Below are positions 36,296-46,671 of a stretch of 64,000 nt of DNA, piece by piece. The position numbers and the translations under genes were made by a program. Positions within the stretch are counted from its first letter, which is position 1. Every line of letters begins with the position of its first letter. Location: contig JBBSJU010000002.1 of NCBI GenBank assembly GCA_038256975.1, positions 65,064 to 129,063 of the forward strand. The letters run 5' to 3'. This stretch comes from Minisyncoccia bacterium. Lineage in GTDB: Bacteria > Patescibacteriota > Minisyncoccia > Phycocordibacterales > UBA5272. The notes under the pieces were generated by a model, which ran no database searches, was not told the DNA's origin, and worked only from the letters and a program-made list of their open reading frames with translations.

Positions 36296-37290
36296 TATTG
36301 TATTTCTTGAGGTTTATAGTTTTCAGGTGTTGAACGAAGGAATTGTTCAAGTTCTTCTCTGGTGAGTAATCCCTTTTGTGCACCAACATACTGTACAACT
36401 GAAGCGGAGTTTACTGGCGCCCACATAATAGCCCCAAGTGGAGTAAGTCCAAGCGCCAGTGCCGAAACAAACGTTGAGGCAAAGGAATCTCCTGCACCAG
36501 TGCGTTCAAGGGGTGGTTTTGCGTCAGGGTAGGGTGGCATAAAGTAACTCTTACCTTCAGCCAACATATATGCACCACGCTTACCATCAGTGATGACAAC
36601 TATTTTTGGTCCGCGTACATGGATTGACTTCAAGAGATCCGGAACAGGTGACGTAGTGTCTCCAAGTAGTCCCTGGGCTTCTTCAACATTACAAACAAAT
36701 ACCTCTGTGCGTGCGTATAAGCTCTTGAGTCGGTCCAAACCAAGTTTTAGTTGGTAAGTACCAGGTTGGAAAGCAAGCTTCACACTCGGGTGTTTTTGAA
36801 GGTAGTCAGTAATGGTGTCGTGAAAATTTTCTGCTTCTTCGGCAAAAGAACTTAAGTACATCCATTTTGGGGCTGCGAAGTGAGCGGGAAGGTTGTATGT
36901 GTAGGCTTCGTGTTTGATAAGAATCGTTCGTTCATCCTGAAACCAAAGTACGTAATGATAATTTGTTTTCTTGCCTTCATGCCGAACAATGTATTCAATA
37001 GAAACATTGTCGTCTTTTAGGTGGGTTATACATTTATCAGCATACATATCATCTCCAATATTTGTAATCAAGGCAGAAGAAAGTCCGAGGCGTGCGGCTG
37101 CAACGCTTGCATTTGCTGAATTACCTACAGCGGGGAGTTCGTATACTGCTTCATATGGAATTTTGGTTCCAAAATCTAGACAAAGTTTGGCATTTTTTTG
37201 ATTTGCATCATAGTGCACCTCTGCTTCCTGTAGGTGAATAAAGGCATCAATTACTGTGTCGCCAATAGCTACAAAATCGTATTCTTTCAT
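36295..37290 (-). CDS. PfkB family carbohydrate kinase
   Basis: GNSAN...ARLGL, NVEEA, TDGKRG, RTGAGDSF. Confidence 0.9.
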   Translation of the reverse strand: MKEYDFVAIGDTVIDAFIHLQEAEVHYDANQKNAKLCLDFGTKIPYEAVYELPAVGNSANASVAAARLGLSSALITNIGDDMYADKCITHLKDDNVSIEYIVRHEGKKTNYHYVLWFQDERTILIKHEAYTYNLPAHFAAPKWMYLSSFAEEAENFHDTITDYLQKHPSVKLAFQPGTYQLKLGLDRLKSLYARTEVFVCNVEEAQGLLGDTTSPVPDLLKSIHVRGPKIVVITDGKRGAYMLAEGKSYFMPPYPDAKPPLERTGAGDSFASTFVSALALGLTPLGAIMWAPVNSASVVQYVGAQKGLLTREELEQFLRSTPENYKPQEIQ

Positions 37291-37294
37291 GGTT

Positions 37295-37927
37295 CTATTG
37301 TACCGTACGTTTGTGTATTTTTACTATCTTACGCGACCCTCTGAAAACCACGGAAATCATATTGCCAAGTGTTTGTAGGTGTTGCAAATAAAGAGCTTCC
37401 GTTTCGACACCAATCCGGAGTCTTTTTAAGAGTTCCTCTCGAGTTTCTTCCCCCTGGATGTCTTTCAGGATTGCCTTTTTAATAGCCTCCGGGCTTTTAA
37501 TTGCGTACAATACCTGACCACCATTTTTAGTTATACGCATAAGTTCTGACAAAGCTCTTTCGGTTGATGCAGCAGGGCTACTTAAAAAAATTCCATGGAG
37601 TACATTCCGAGAGAGGGTGATGTCAAAAAGATTATCGCCGTACGGAAGAGCTTGGATGTCTCCATGTGTGAGGTATGGATGATTTGGGGATGGTGTTGAG
37701 ATATTAAAATCTACTCCATAGGCGTGGTCATTTCCTAATGTTTTTTTGAGGTACTGTACAAATTCACCTGCCCCTGCACCGACATCAAGAAGGACAGCTT
37801 CTCCGAGTTCTTTTTCAGAAATAGAAAAATCATCCTGGTATTGTTCGAAGGTAATTTTTAACGCAAGAGAGGTTTTCGATTCTTGCGCGAGATGATGTTG
37901 TTCTATGAGATGCTCAACGCTTCGCAT
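37295..37927 (-). CDS. class I SAM-dependent methyltransferase
   Basis: LLDVGAGAG, GDIQALPY..FD, RITKNGG. Confidence 0.85.
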   Translation of the reverse strand: MRSVEHLIEQHHLAQESKTSLALKITFEQYQDDFSISEKELGEAVLLDVGAGAGEFVQYLKKTLGNDHAYGVDFNISTPSPNHPYLTHGDIQALPYGDNLFDITLSRNVLHGIFLSSPAASTERALSELMRITKNGGQVLYAIKSPEAIKKAILKDIQGEETREELLKRLRIGVETEALYLQHLQTLGNMISVVFRGSRKIVKIHKRTVQ

Positions 37928-37939
37928 TCAAATAGTATA

Positions 37940-39385
37940 CTATTTTCCGTCAAGAAAGTTTTGAATATGTCTTCGGGCATCATTTGTTTTTACATACTCG
38001 AGCCATTTGCGAGTTGGTTTTGCGCTTTCTTTTGTTTCTATCTCAACAATATCAGAGCTTGTAAGTGGGGTAGAGAGCGTTGCCATTTTTCCATTTACCT
38101 TCACCCCCGCTAAATGACTTCCTAAATCAGAGTGAATGGCGTATGCAAAATCAATAGGGGTTGCACCACGAGGAAGGTCAACCACTTCACCTTTCGGCGT
38201 GAGAACAAACACTCGTTTATCAAACACCTCAGCTTTGAGTATATTCATGAGCTCGTGAGATCCAACATCTTCTTGCCAGTGGAGTAATTGCTGTACCCAC
38301 GTGGTATTTTTGGCAATTTCTTTAGAGATATTATCTTTACCAACTTCTTTGTACATCAAGTGGGAAGCGATACCAAGTTCGGCTTCGTCATGCATTTTCT
38401 GAGTACGGATTTGTATTTCCACCGTGCTTCCGTCTCCCGTAAAAATAGTTGTATGGAGACTTTGGTAGCCGTTTGGTTTTGGAACCGCGATGTAGTCTTT
38501 AATGCGGCCAGGAATTGGTCGCCAGTTTTTATGGATAACACCAAGAGCTCGATAACATTCTTCAGGCGAGTCTACGATGATACGAATTGCGATGAGATCG
38601 TAGATTTTATTAATATCCATGTCGTATCGCTCCAACTTTCGCCACAATGAATAGAGGTGCTTTGCGCGGTAACTAATCGAAGTCTTGATGTTTTGTTCTG
38701 CAAGCTTCCGTTTTAGTTTCCGGAACATTTTCTGGACATGTTCATCATCATCTTGTTTACGTGTCTGCAAAAGTTTAACAACTTTTTTATAATCATTCGG
38801 ATATACGTAAGGAAAGGCGTAATCTTCGAGCTCTCCTTTCATTTTTGCAATTCCAAGTCGGTCAGCAAGACGTGCGTGGATTTCAAGGGTCTCAACCGCA
38901 ATACGCATCTGTTTTTCTTTTTTAACGAACTCAAGAGTTTGAATATTGTGAAGACGGTCAGCAAGTTTGATAATCACAACACGGATATCTTTCGCCATTG
39001 CAATAAAAAACTTTCGGAGCGATTCCACGTGTCGTTCAACTCCTTGGTATTTTAATTTTCCAAGTTTGGTGACACCTTGTACAAGGAAGGTGATGTCTTC
39101 TCCAAATTCTTTTTTGAATTCTTCTTCAGTAACTTGCGGACAGTCTTCAAGCACATCGTGGAGCATGGCGGCACAAATGGTGTGACTGTCTATGTTGAGT
39201 TCAGCTACGTTTTTTGCAGTTGCAAACACGTGGTTAAAGTATGGTTCACCATTTTTTCGTTCTTGACCCTCGTGAGCCTTTTTTGCAAAATGGTATGCCT
39301 TTTCAATGAGTGCAATCTCAGAGAGCTTCTTATCCTTAAGAAGGGGTTTTAATTCGGAAAAAGGTTTCGTTGGTATGGTTGCCAT
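37940..39385 (-). CDS. rel: RelA/SpoT (p)ppGpp synthetase/hydrolase (HD-SYNTH-TGS)
   Basis: HEGQERKNGEPY, LHDVLED, KLADRLHN, KPNGYQSLHT, EIQIRT, TPIDFAY. Confidence 0.92.
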   Translation of the reverse strand: MATIPTKPFSELKPLLKDKKLSEIALIEKAYHFAKKAHEGQERKNGEPYFNHVFATAKNVAELNIDSHTICAAMLHDVLEDCPQVTEEEFKKEFGEDITFLVQGVTKLGKLKYQGVERHVESLRKFFIAMAKDIRVVIIKLADRLHNIQTLEFVKKEKQMRIAVETLEIHARLADRLGIAKMKGELEDYAFPYVYPNDYKKVVKLLQTRKQDDDEHVQKMFRKLKRKLAEQNIKTSISYRAKHLYSLWRKLERYDMDINKIYDLIAIRIIVDSPEECYRALGVIHKNWRPIPGRIKDYIAVPKPNGYQSLHTTIFTGDGSTVEIQIRTQKMHDEAELGIASHLMYKEVGKDNISKEIAKNTTWVQQLLHWQEDVGSHELMNILKAEVFDKRVFVLTPKGEVVDLPRGATPIDFAYAIHSDLGSHLAGVKVNGKMATLSTPLTSSDIVEIETKESAKPTRKWLEYVKTNDARRHIQNFLDGK

Positions 39386-39432
39386 TTCTTATATACAACC
39401 ATCTTATAGCGAAGAAGACAAGTATTTCTTAA

Positions 39433-41850
39433 TTATCTTTTTCTGCGTGTACTTGCAGAATTAATAATGTCGATAACTTCATCAAGACTTATTGTCTCAA
39501 CATTCATGCTGTCAGGAATATAAATACGCTGCAAACCCTGCTTTACAAAGAATCCTGACTTTGAGTTCAAGATTTGAATTTCACGTTTTGTTTTTGGATG
39601 AATCCCAACAGTACGCACAAGTGTTGCACCTTTTGGCAATGCTTTAGGTGTGTTTAAAAGTACCACTGCTTGCTCAAGGGTTATGGTGTATGCATCGAGT
39701 GGTTTTTTGATAGATCTAAATTCTCGGTTACGTCCAACGTATGGCCCAAAGCGTCCGTTGTTTGCAATGATAGGTTCTCCTGTTTTTGGATCTGTGCCCA
39801 AATCGCGTGGAAGCTCAAGAAGTTTAATCGCCATTTCAGCAGTAAGATCTTCTGGCTTGAAACGCGGAGGAAGACTTGCTCGTTTTGGCGTAGGCACTAT
39901 TGGCGCTGCGACTTCATCTGCAACTTTCTTTTTCTTTCCTTTTACTTTTGGTTCTTTATTAGGACTTTTGCCAAGTTGCACGTATGGTCCAAAACGTCCC
40001 GTGAGAAGATAAATAGCTTCGCCTGTTTTTGAATCGAAAGCAAAAGGTTTTTCTTCACCAACTTCCTGACCATCAAGCGTCAGTGCGCCTGTACATTCTG
40101 GGTATCGAGAACAAGATAAAAATTTCCCACTTTTACCGAGCTTGATAACCATGTCACTTCCACAAATAGGGCATCGAATAGAAGCGTCTGCTTTTCCTAA
40201 ATCAGTTGCTTTGCCCGCACTCTTATCTTTCTCTTTTACATCTTTAAGAAATGGTTTGTAAAACTCTTCGAGAGTTTTTCTGTATGTGCGTGTGCCGTTT
40301 GCAATTTCGTCGAGCTCGTCTTCCATTTCTGCGGTAAATGAGTCGCTGATATATTTTCCAAAGTGTTCTTCAAGGAAACTACTCACTACATCGCCGGTGT
40401 CAGTGGGGAAGAGTGTTTTACCTTGTTTCTCCACATATCCACGTTCTTCGATGGTAGAGATGATAGATGCGTATGTAGAAGGTCGTCCAATACCACGCTT
40501 TTCAAGTTCTTTAACCAGTCCTGCTTCGGTATAACGGCTCGGTGGTTCTGTTTGTTTTTGTAACGATCGAAGTTCAAGAACTTTCAAAGCATCTTGTGCT
40601 TTGAGTGCGGGTAATTCAACATCTTCACCCTTACCATCTGGATCAGCAAGCAACCATCCTGGGAAAAGAGTAATCGAGCCGTTTACAGAAAAGTTTGGAA
40701 TAGTTTCTTTGCTTCCAACGACATTGGCTGAAATTTTTGTACGTAACACTTTTGCGTCACTCATTTGTGAAGCAAGTGTTCGTCCCCAAATGAGTCCGTA
40801 GAGTTCTTTTTCATCATCAGTTGCACCAGCATGCCCTACACTTGCATGTGTTGGCCGAATTGCCTCGTGGGCTTCCTGAGCATTTTTTGATTTTGTTTTG
40901 TATTGTCGAACTTCAAGATAGTCTTTGCCAAATTGTTTTGTAACAACGCTCGCTATTTCTGCAACTGCTTGGGCTGACATGTTGGTACTGTCGGTACGCA
41001 TGTAAGTAATGAAACCTTTTTCGTACAACTTTTGTGCTACGCCCATGGTACGTGATGGTGAGAATCCTAAACGTGAACTCGCTGCTTGTTGCAAAGTAGA
41101 TGTAGTAAATGGAGCCTTCGGACTTCGCTTTGCTTCGCTCTGGGACACGTCCACTACATTCCAATCGTGTGCGTTTCCAATATTAAGGATGCGGGCAACC
41201 TCATCTTTCGTTTTTGGTTCTTCGTCGCACGTAAGTGTGAGCTTTATTTTTTTTGCTGCAGTTGTTTCAAAGTCGCCATCGAGTACAAAGAAAATTTCAG
41301 GAATGAACGCGCGAATTTCTCGTTCTCGTTCCATGATGATACGCAGTGCAGGGGACTGCACTCGCCCAGCCGAAAGTCCATAACGTACTTTTTTCCAGAT
41401 AAGTCCAGAAAGGTCATAGCCCACCAATCTATCAAGAACACGACGCGCCTCCTGAGCTTCTTTCAAGTTCATGTCAATTGCGCGAGGATGCTTGATGGCT
41501 TCAAGCACTGCTTCTTTCGTGATCTCATTAAATGTCACACGTTCTGCGTCTTTCAGGTCGCAGGCTTCTTGTATGTGCCATGCAATCGCTTCGCCTTCTC
41601 GGTCGGGGTCGGTTGCTAAAAGCACTTGGGATGCCTTTTTTGCAAGCTTTTTTATTTCAGCAACTACCGCGTCTTTTCGAGGAGAAATCTCATATGTCGG
41701 AACAAAGCCAGCCTCAATATCAATAGCTTGCTTATTAGATTTAGGAAGATCCCGAACATGCCCAATGCTGGCACGTACGGTATATTCGCCATCGAGATAT
41801 TTTTCGATAGTCTTGGCTTTAGAGGGAGATTCTACAATTAAGAGCTTCAT
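39433..41850 (-). CDS. topA: DNA topoisomerase I
   Basis: IVESPSK, ATDPDREGE, SAGRVQS, ITYMRTD, QEAHEAIRPT, GIGRPSTY. Confidence 0.97.
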   Translation of the reverse strand: MKLLIVESPSKAKTIEKYLDGEYTVRASIGHVRDLPKSNKQAIDIEAGFVPTYEISPRKDAVVAEIKKLAKKASQVLLATDPDREGEAIAWHIQEACDLKDAERVTFNEITKEAVLEAIKHPRAIDMNLKEAQEARRVLDRLVGYDLSGLIWKKVRYGLSAGRVQSPALRIIMEREREIRAFIPEIFFVLDGDFETTAAKKIKLTLTCDEEPKTKDEVARILNIGNAHDWNVVDVSQSEAKRSPKAPFTTSTLQQAASSRLGFSPSRTMGVAQKLYEKGFITYMRTDSTNMSAQAVAEIASVVTKQFGKDYLEVRQYKTKSKNAQEAHEAIRPTHASVGHAGATDDEKELYGLIWGRTLASQMSDAKVLRTKISANVVGSKETIPNFSVNGSITLFPGWLLADPDGKGEDVELPALKAQDALKVLELRSLQKQTEPPSRYTEAGLVKELEKRGIGRPSTYASIISTIEERGYVEKQGKTLFPTDTGDVVSSFLEEHFGKYISDSFTAEMEDELDEIANGTRTYRKTLEEFYKPFLKDVKEKDKSAGKATDLGKADASIRCPICGSDMVIKLGKSGKFLSCSRYPECTGALTLDGQEVGEEKPFAFDSKTGEAIYLLTGRFGPYVQLGKSPNKEPKVKGKKKKVADEVAAPIVPTPKRASLPPRFKPEDLTAEMAIKLLELPRDLGTDPKTGEPIIANNGRFGPYVGRNREFRSIKKPLDAYTITLEQAVVLLNTPKALPKGATLVRTVGIHPKTKREIQILNSKSGFFVKQGLQRIYIPDSMNVETISLDEVIDIINSASTRRKR

Positions 41851-41958
41851 AACTTACTATTCTATAGTATACATGCTGTTTTATTGCAAGTTTCTTGTTT
41901 TTGAAAACACCTCGTTTGCATACAAAGTGGAAGAAAAATAATGATATAATTAAAAATA

Positions 41959-42399
41959 ATGAATACAAATAGTGTGACCACTGAAATGGAAGATATAAAA
42001 ATAAATGTAAAGTTAAAGATTTCAGCACTATGGATAGCTATGCTATTTGTCTTTGCATATGTGGATATTTTTGCATTTTATAAACCAGGAATTATTGAGG
42101 GGATACTGGCGGGGAAAGTAGCTATTTTCGAGGTTAATCAAATGTTCTTGTTCTTCACTACGCTGTACATTTTGATTCCAAGCATGATGGTTTTCCTTTC
42201 TTTAGTATTAAAACCTAAAGCAAATCGTATCACTAATATCATAGTAGGTACGTTGTATGCTGTAAGTATTTTAGGTAGTTGTATAGGAGAAACATGGGCT
42301 TTCTATATATTCGGCAGTATTGTAGAAATTTTATTACTATTATCGATTGTTCGTTACGCATGGAAGTGGCCCAAACAGGAAAGTTCCAGTAGTTATTAG
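41959..42399 (+). CDS. DUF6326-like membrane protein, AT-rich
   Basis: KLKISALWIAMLFVFAYVDIF, IPSMMVFLS, AWKWP. Confidence 0.75.
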   Translation: MNTNSVTTEMEDIKINVKLKISALWIAMLFVFAYVDIFAFYKPGIIEGILAGKVAIFEVNQMFLFFTTLYILIPSMMVFLSLVLKPKANRITNIIVGTLYAVSILGSCIGETWAFYIFGSIVEILLLLSIVRYAWKWPKQESSSSY

Positions 42400-42491
42400 T
42401 CGATGGGTTAAGTTAAATAGAGAGTAAGAGAGATCACTGTTAACGCGGTGGTTTTTCTTTTATCCTTCAACCCCCGATTCAAAGGATATAT

Positions 42492-42519
42492 ATGTCGCTA
42501 AAGATATACTGCACGCGAA
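42492..42519 (+). other. degenerate dif-like recombination site (left)
   Basis: atgtcgctaaa-gatata-ctgcacgcgaa; shares left arm and spacer with 43324-43351. Confidence 0.45.
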
Positions 42520-42578
42520 ATTTGTGTCAAGGGCTGTTCTCTCACCTAAAATACGCAAAGATTTTATGGAAATGTTAT

Positions 42579-42597
42579 TGACAATGTACACTTGTCA
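42579..42597. promoter_or_regulatory. near-palindromic operator overlapping TTGACA upstream of the TA pair
   Basis: tgacaatgtacacttgtca. Confidence 0.45.
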
Positions 42598-42680
42598 TGT
42601 TATATCAGGTATGGTAGGGTGTAGGGGATAAGACCTTGTACAGAGAAGAAACCGGCATGGTATAATCTATATTAAAGAGT

Positions 42681-42848
42681 ATGACAACACTTGCCTTAAA
42701 CAACACTGAGAAGAAGCGCCTCAAAGTTCTTGTCAAAAAAGGCTACACGAATCTTCCTAAAAAAGAAAAAAAGGAAGCTATCACTTTTATTGCAAAAGAT
42801 TTTTCTACACGCTTTGAAGGTGTGATGAAGAAATTGGCGAATGCATAA
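42681..42848 (+). CDS. putative antitoxin (55 aa, not in ORF track)
   Basis: MTTLALNNTEKKRLKVLVKKGYTNLPKKEKKEAITFIAKDFSTRFEGVMKKLANA; overlaps the Doc start by 8 nt; ends in a ..LA helix like Doc antitoxins. Confidence 0.7.
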   Translation: MTTLALNNTEKKRLKVLVKKGYTNLPKKEKKEAITFIAKDFSTRFEGVMKKLANA

Positions 42849-43266
42849 AGTAATCTACGTAGATTTAGATGCTGTACTGTTGATGATAGAAGTCATCGGA
42901 GACTATCCGCATCAAATGCTCGGCAAGTACATACCTAACATTGACCAGTACTGGATTGAAAACGTCGGTTCATCTATCGAGCGAGCATACTTCGTTTGCA
43001 GTTCACAAGGATTGGATAAGTATGAAGTTGCTTCTAGAATATTCTATAACATCGCTAAAGGGCATTTTACGGGAGACGGCAATAAAAGGTCTGCGTTAAT
43101 ATGTACGTATGTTTTCTTAATGTTTAATAATTTGTTTATAGCAGATCCAAATATGGTATACGCATTTGCACGTAGAGTGGCACGATCGAAAGGGTCAAGA
43201 AAAAGCGCTTTCTGGTTAAGAGAGTGTGCTAAGTTCTTTAAGAAGAACTCTTCAGAGATTCAATAG
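42841..43266 (+). CDS. Fic/Doc family toxin
   Basis: IAKGHFTGDGNKRSA, a Doc-type H...DGNKR motif. Confidence 0.82.
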   Translation: MHKVIYVDLDAVLLMIEVIGDYPHQMLGKYIPNIDQYWIENVGSSIERAYFVCSSQGLDKYEVASRIFYNIAKGHFTGDGNKRSALICTYVFLMFNNLFIADPNMVYAFARRVARSKGSRKSAFWLRECAKFFKKNSSEIQ

Positions 43267-43323
43267 TTTACTTACGGTAGTGGCATAATTAAGCGTCGCA
43301 CATCCCCCATTCGACGAATGTTA

Positions 43324-43351
43324 GCGTCGCAAAAGATATATTGTGCGACAC
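43324..43351 (+). other. dif-like tyrosine-recombinase site
   Basis: gcgtcgcaaaa-gatata-ttgtgcgacac: 11-6-11 imperfect palindrome. Confidence 0.55.
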
Positions 43352-43448
43352 TATATTAAATTAACAAAGCCCCGCTTTATCTTACTTTGAGCTATCACTT
43401 TGATTGGCCAGTAAAATATTTGACGGGGCTATTTTGTTCGCACTTCCC

Positions 43449-43790
43449 TCATGCCGTGGAGGCGATAGGTGTGCCAGTTTTGTGGATGTAAGATGTCAAC
43501 CGTTCGAACATCGCAGTGTAGAAGTCTTCGTTGCACCTCCAGGAGCAAACTTGACTTGACACCTCCGTCAGCCTGTCAACAACAAAGCCGTACGGAAGGG
43601 TTACTTTTTTGCAACAAGCGCAAGGGTTCATTGGTACTACAAACTCCCCTGCGCCGCTCCCCTGCTTCTGTTTGAAGGGAACTACATTTCCCTCTTTTTG
43701 GTCAGGCTGTTTTCCTCGGGACTCCTGCCGAGGATTATCGAGTCGTCCATATCCTGCGTTTGAGGCCTTGTTCTTTCTTTGAGGCTTCAT
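43449..43790 (-). CDS. hypothetical protein with putative zinc finger
   Basis: AGGAG SD; CACC...CSWRC. Confidence 0.55.
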   Translation of the reverse strand: MKPQRKNKASNAGYGRLDNPRQESRGKQPDQKEGNVVPFKQKQGSGAGEFVVPMNPCACCKKVTLPYGFVVDRLTEVSSQVCSWRCNEDFYTAMFERLTSYIHKTGTPIASTA

Positions 43791-43873
43791 ACCCAATCTC
43801 CTCTCTGTTGATGGGTACTTATAGTTCTATCACGGAAAGTCTAAGTTGCAAATTGAGTTATACTCTTATGTAC

Positions 43874-45547
43874 ATGACCCAGGAAGACGCTTTATCTATT
43901 TTAAAACTTGGACATTCTGTATTTCTGACAGGTGGCGCTGGCTCTGGTAAAACTTATGTACTAAACGAATATATTACATGGCTTAAGTCGCACGCTATTG
44001 CAACTGCTATTACTGCTTCCACTGGAATCGCCGCAACACATATCGGAGGTACTACCCTTCACTCTTGGTCTGGAATCGGAATCAAAGATCGACTCACCGA
44101 ATATGATCTTGATGAATTAGAGCAAAAGAAAAATCTATATACACGATACAAAGGCACCCAAGTGCTTGTTATTGATGAAATCTCGATGCTTCATGCTCAT
44201 CGGCTCGATATGGTTGATTTGGTTGCGCGAACTATTCGCAAAGACAGTCGTCCATTTGGTGGTATGCAGGTGGTGTTTTGTGGAGACTTCTTTCAGCTTC
44301 CTCCGGTGAGTAGAAATAAGGAAGTGAGTATAAATGATTTTGCATTTAATGCGAAAGTTTGGAAAAAACTAAATCCTGTTGTTTGTTATCTGACTACTGA
44401 GTATCGTCATACCGGAGACAATCTTTCTTTGGTTTTACGAGACATGCGTTCAGGCACTCTTGAAGATAATTTAAAACGCACACTTGTGGGTTCAACAAAA
44501 AAGAGTGTTGCTCACATTACTCATACAAAACTCTACACACACAATGAAGATGTTGACCGTATTAATAATACTGAGTACGCGCAAATATCTGACGAGGAAA
44601 AAGTTTTTGAGATGAAGACAAAAGGTAAAGCAAATCTTGTTGATAGTCTGATACAGAGTTGTCTTGCACCAGAGACTTTAAAACTTAAAATTGGCACAAG
44701 AGTTATGTTTGTAAAAAACGATCAAGGAAAGCGATATAACAACGGTACGCTCGGGGTTGTTATAAAGTTTACCAATCTTGGCTTCCCTATTGTAAAAACA
44801 GTCTCGGGGCCTGAATTGACGGTCACAGAAGATGCTTGGAGGATAGAAGAAGATGGAAAAGTGAAGGCGGAAATAAAGCAAATTCCATTGCGATATGCCT
44901 GGGCTATTACCGTGCACAAATCGCAAGGAATGACGCTTGATGCTGCCCAGATTGACCTCTCAAAGACATTCACGTTCGGAATGGGCTATGTTGCCCTTTC
45001 ACGTGTGCGAACCATAGAAGGCGTTGAGCTTTTAGGTTTCCATGATGATGCGCTCCTTATGCACCCAGAAATTTTAACTCTTGATAAAGAGCTCCATGCG
45101 AAATCTGTTCGGGCACAAAGTGCATTAGAAAAATATTCTACAGCTGAGCGTATAAAACTTCACGAGGCTTTCATTACTCGTGCTTACGGCAGTATCGAGG
45201 AGCAAGAAGAATCTCAAAGTGAACACGAAGAAAAAGTTCCTACTCGAATGATTACAAAAAAATATCTTGAAGAAAAGCTATCTCTCCAGGAGATCGCAGA
45301 AAAAAGAGACCTAACTCCAGGAACAATTATTTCCCATATTGAAGATCTGGTAAAAGAAGGAGTCAACCTTAATATAAAATATTTACTCACCCCTATTCCC
45401 CACCATAAAATAATCTCCGGAATCATTACAAAAAATCCTGAAGCAAAACTCACAGAAATTATACAACTGTGTAAATCTAAAAAAGTTGAAACTTCTTTTG
45501 AGGATATTCGATTGGTTCGTGCTTATTTAATTAGTACAAGAATCTAG
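43874..45547 (+). CDS. PIF1/RecD-like SF1B helicase with C-terminal HTH
   Basis: TGGAGSGKT, TASTGIAA, IDEISM, PFGG.Q...GDFFQLPP, WAITVHKSQG.TLD, YVALSR. Confidence 0.92.
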   Translation: MTQEDALSILKLGHSVFLTGGAGSGKTYVLNEYITWLKSHAIATAITASTGIAATHIGGTTLHSWSGIGIKDRLTEYDLDELEQKKNLYTRYKGTQVLVIDEISMLHAHRLDMVDLVARTIRKDSRPFGGMQVVFCGDFFQLPPVSRNKEVSINDFAFNAKVWKKLNPVVCYLTTEYRHTGDNLSLVLRDMRSGTLEDNLKRTLVGSTKKSVAHITHTKLYTHNEDVDRINNTEYAQISDEEKVFEMKTKGKANLVDSLIQSCLAPETLKLKIGTRVMFVKNDQGKRYNNGTLGVVIKFTNLGFPIVKTVSGPELTVTEDAWRIEEDGKVKAEIKQIPLRYAWAITVHKSQGMTLDAAQIDLSKTFTFGMGYVALSRVRTIEGVELLGFHDDALLMHPEILTLDKELHAKSVRAQSALEKYSTAERIKLHEAFITRAYGSIEEQEESQSEHEEKVPTRMITKKYLEEKLSLQEIAEKRDLTPGTIISHIEDLVKEGVNLNIKYLLTPIPHHKIISGIITKNPEAKLTEIIQLCKSKKVETSFEDIRLVRAYLISTRI

Positions 45548-46122
45548 TCTTCAGAGAATTGAATATTGAACTTTTTATCTTTAAGGCGCGCAGAAAGTTT
45601 TGTGATGGTTGAGAGTAAAATTGCTGCGGAGTCACCCTTGTTTTCCTTTGTGATATGAATTGAAGCAACGGGCTCTTCCCCGACTAAATATATTAGTTCC
45701 CCACATCTTCTTTTGTCGACTATTGATTTAAGTATAGACTTTTCTCTGTCTGATAATGGCGCAGATTCGAGATAACTGTAAAAAATTGGCACAGCATTTT
45801 CTTTGTTTTGTCTGCCATGTATAAACTCAACAAATCCTGTCAGTGGAAAATGTGCCTCCGTCATTTGCTTCATTTTTTTGAAAAGAGTTCTCACTGTCTC
45901 ATCTGCTGATGTTGTGTCAGCCACTCCAACAATTTCATAGTATGCTTGTTTAATTTGTTCAGATGTAGCTGAGGTGGTCTGAACAAGCCACGCTAACTCT
46001 TCAAACATTTTTTGGTCAGGAGTAAGTGGTTTTTTATCCTGTATATTTTGGATTAAACTTTCGAGCATATTTTTCTGGGACTCTCTCATTATAACGTCCA
46101 AACTAACTTTCTCAAAAGACAA
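45544..46122 (-). CDS. hypothetical protein
   Basis: 192-aa ORF co-oriented with upstream genes. Confidence 0.6.
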   Translation of the reverse strand: MSFEKVSLDVIMRESQKNMLESLIQNIQDKKPLTPDQKMFEELAWLVQTTSATSEQIKQAYYEIVGVADTTSADETVRTLFKKMKQMTEAHFPLTGFVEFIHGRQNKENAVPIFYSYLESAPLSDREKSILKSIVDKRRCGELIYLVGEEPVASIHITKENKGDSAAILLSTITKLSARLKDKKFNIQFSED

Positions 46123-46133
46123 GAGACGGTTTG

Positions 46134-46670
46134 TTATTTAAATTTAGATATGACGTGATCTCGTGTTTCAAATCTCCGTTCTTTGTAGTCTGGAATGGTA
46201 CGAGAAACTAAATTCCAAAAACTTTTTGAGTGATTGAATTCCCCGAGATGACACAGTTCGTGCACAACAATATAATCTGCTAGGTGTTCTGGAAGCAGTG
46301 CTATTTTGTAGTTGAAATTTAAATTCCCTTTTCTTGAACAGCTCCCCCATCTTGTTTTCTGTTGTCGAATAGTTATGGCATTCCATTTGTATCCGTACTT
46401 TACATTGAAGTGCGTAAGACGTTCTTCTATAAATGTAAGTGCTTTTATTTTTAATGCAGCAATTTCTTTTCTAGAGAGTACAACCTTTGTGATTTTTGGA
46501 TATTGTTCCATCAGCTTCACTTTCTTTTGTATCCAGTTATTCTTGTCTTGAAGAAATTTTTCTACGACAGACGAATTTACGTTTTTAGGTACAGTTACTA
46601 CCACTTCCCCGCCTGGTTGGATGCGAATGCGAAGATATCGCGATGTAGGATGTATTTTTATTGTATACAT
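46134..46670 (-). CDS. YgjP/DUF45 zinc metallo-hydrolase
   Basis: KTRWGSCS, YIVVHELCHL, NHSKSFW. Confidence 0.9.
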   Translation of the reverse strand: MYTIKIHPTSRYLRIRIQPGGEVVVTVPKNVNSSVVEKFLQDKNNWIQKKVKLMEQYPKITKVVLSRKEIAALKIKALTFIEERLTHFNVKYGYKWNAITIRQQKTRWGSCSRKGNLNFNYKIALLPEHLADYIVVHELCHLGEFNHSKSFWNLVSRTIPDYKERRFETRDHVISKFK

Positions 46671-46671
46671 C

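Noticed and set aside
43874-45547. PIF1-like helicase as a novel or mobile-element gene
   Set aside because: PIF1-family helicases are known in bacteria, and no mobile context is visible here
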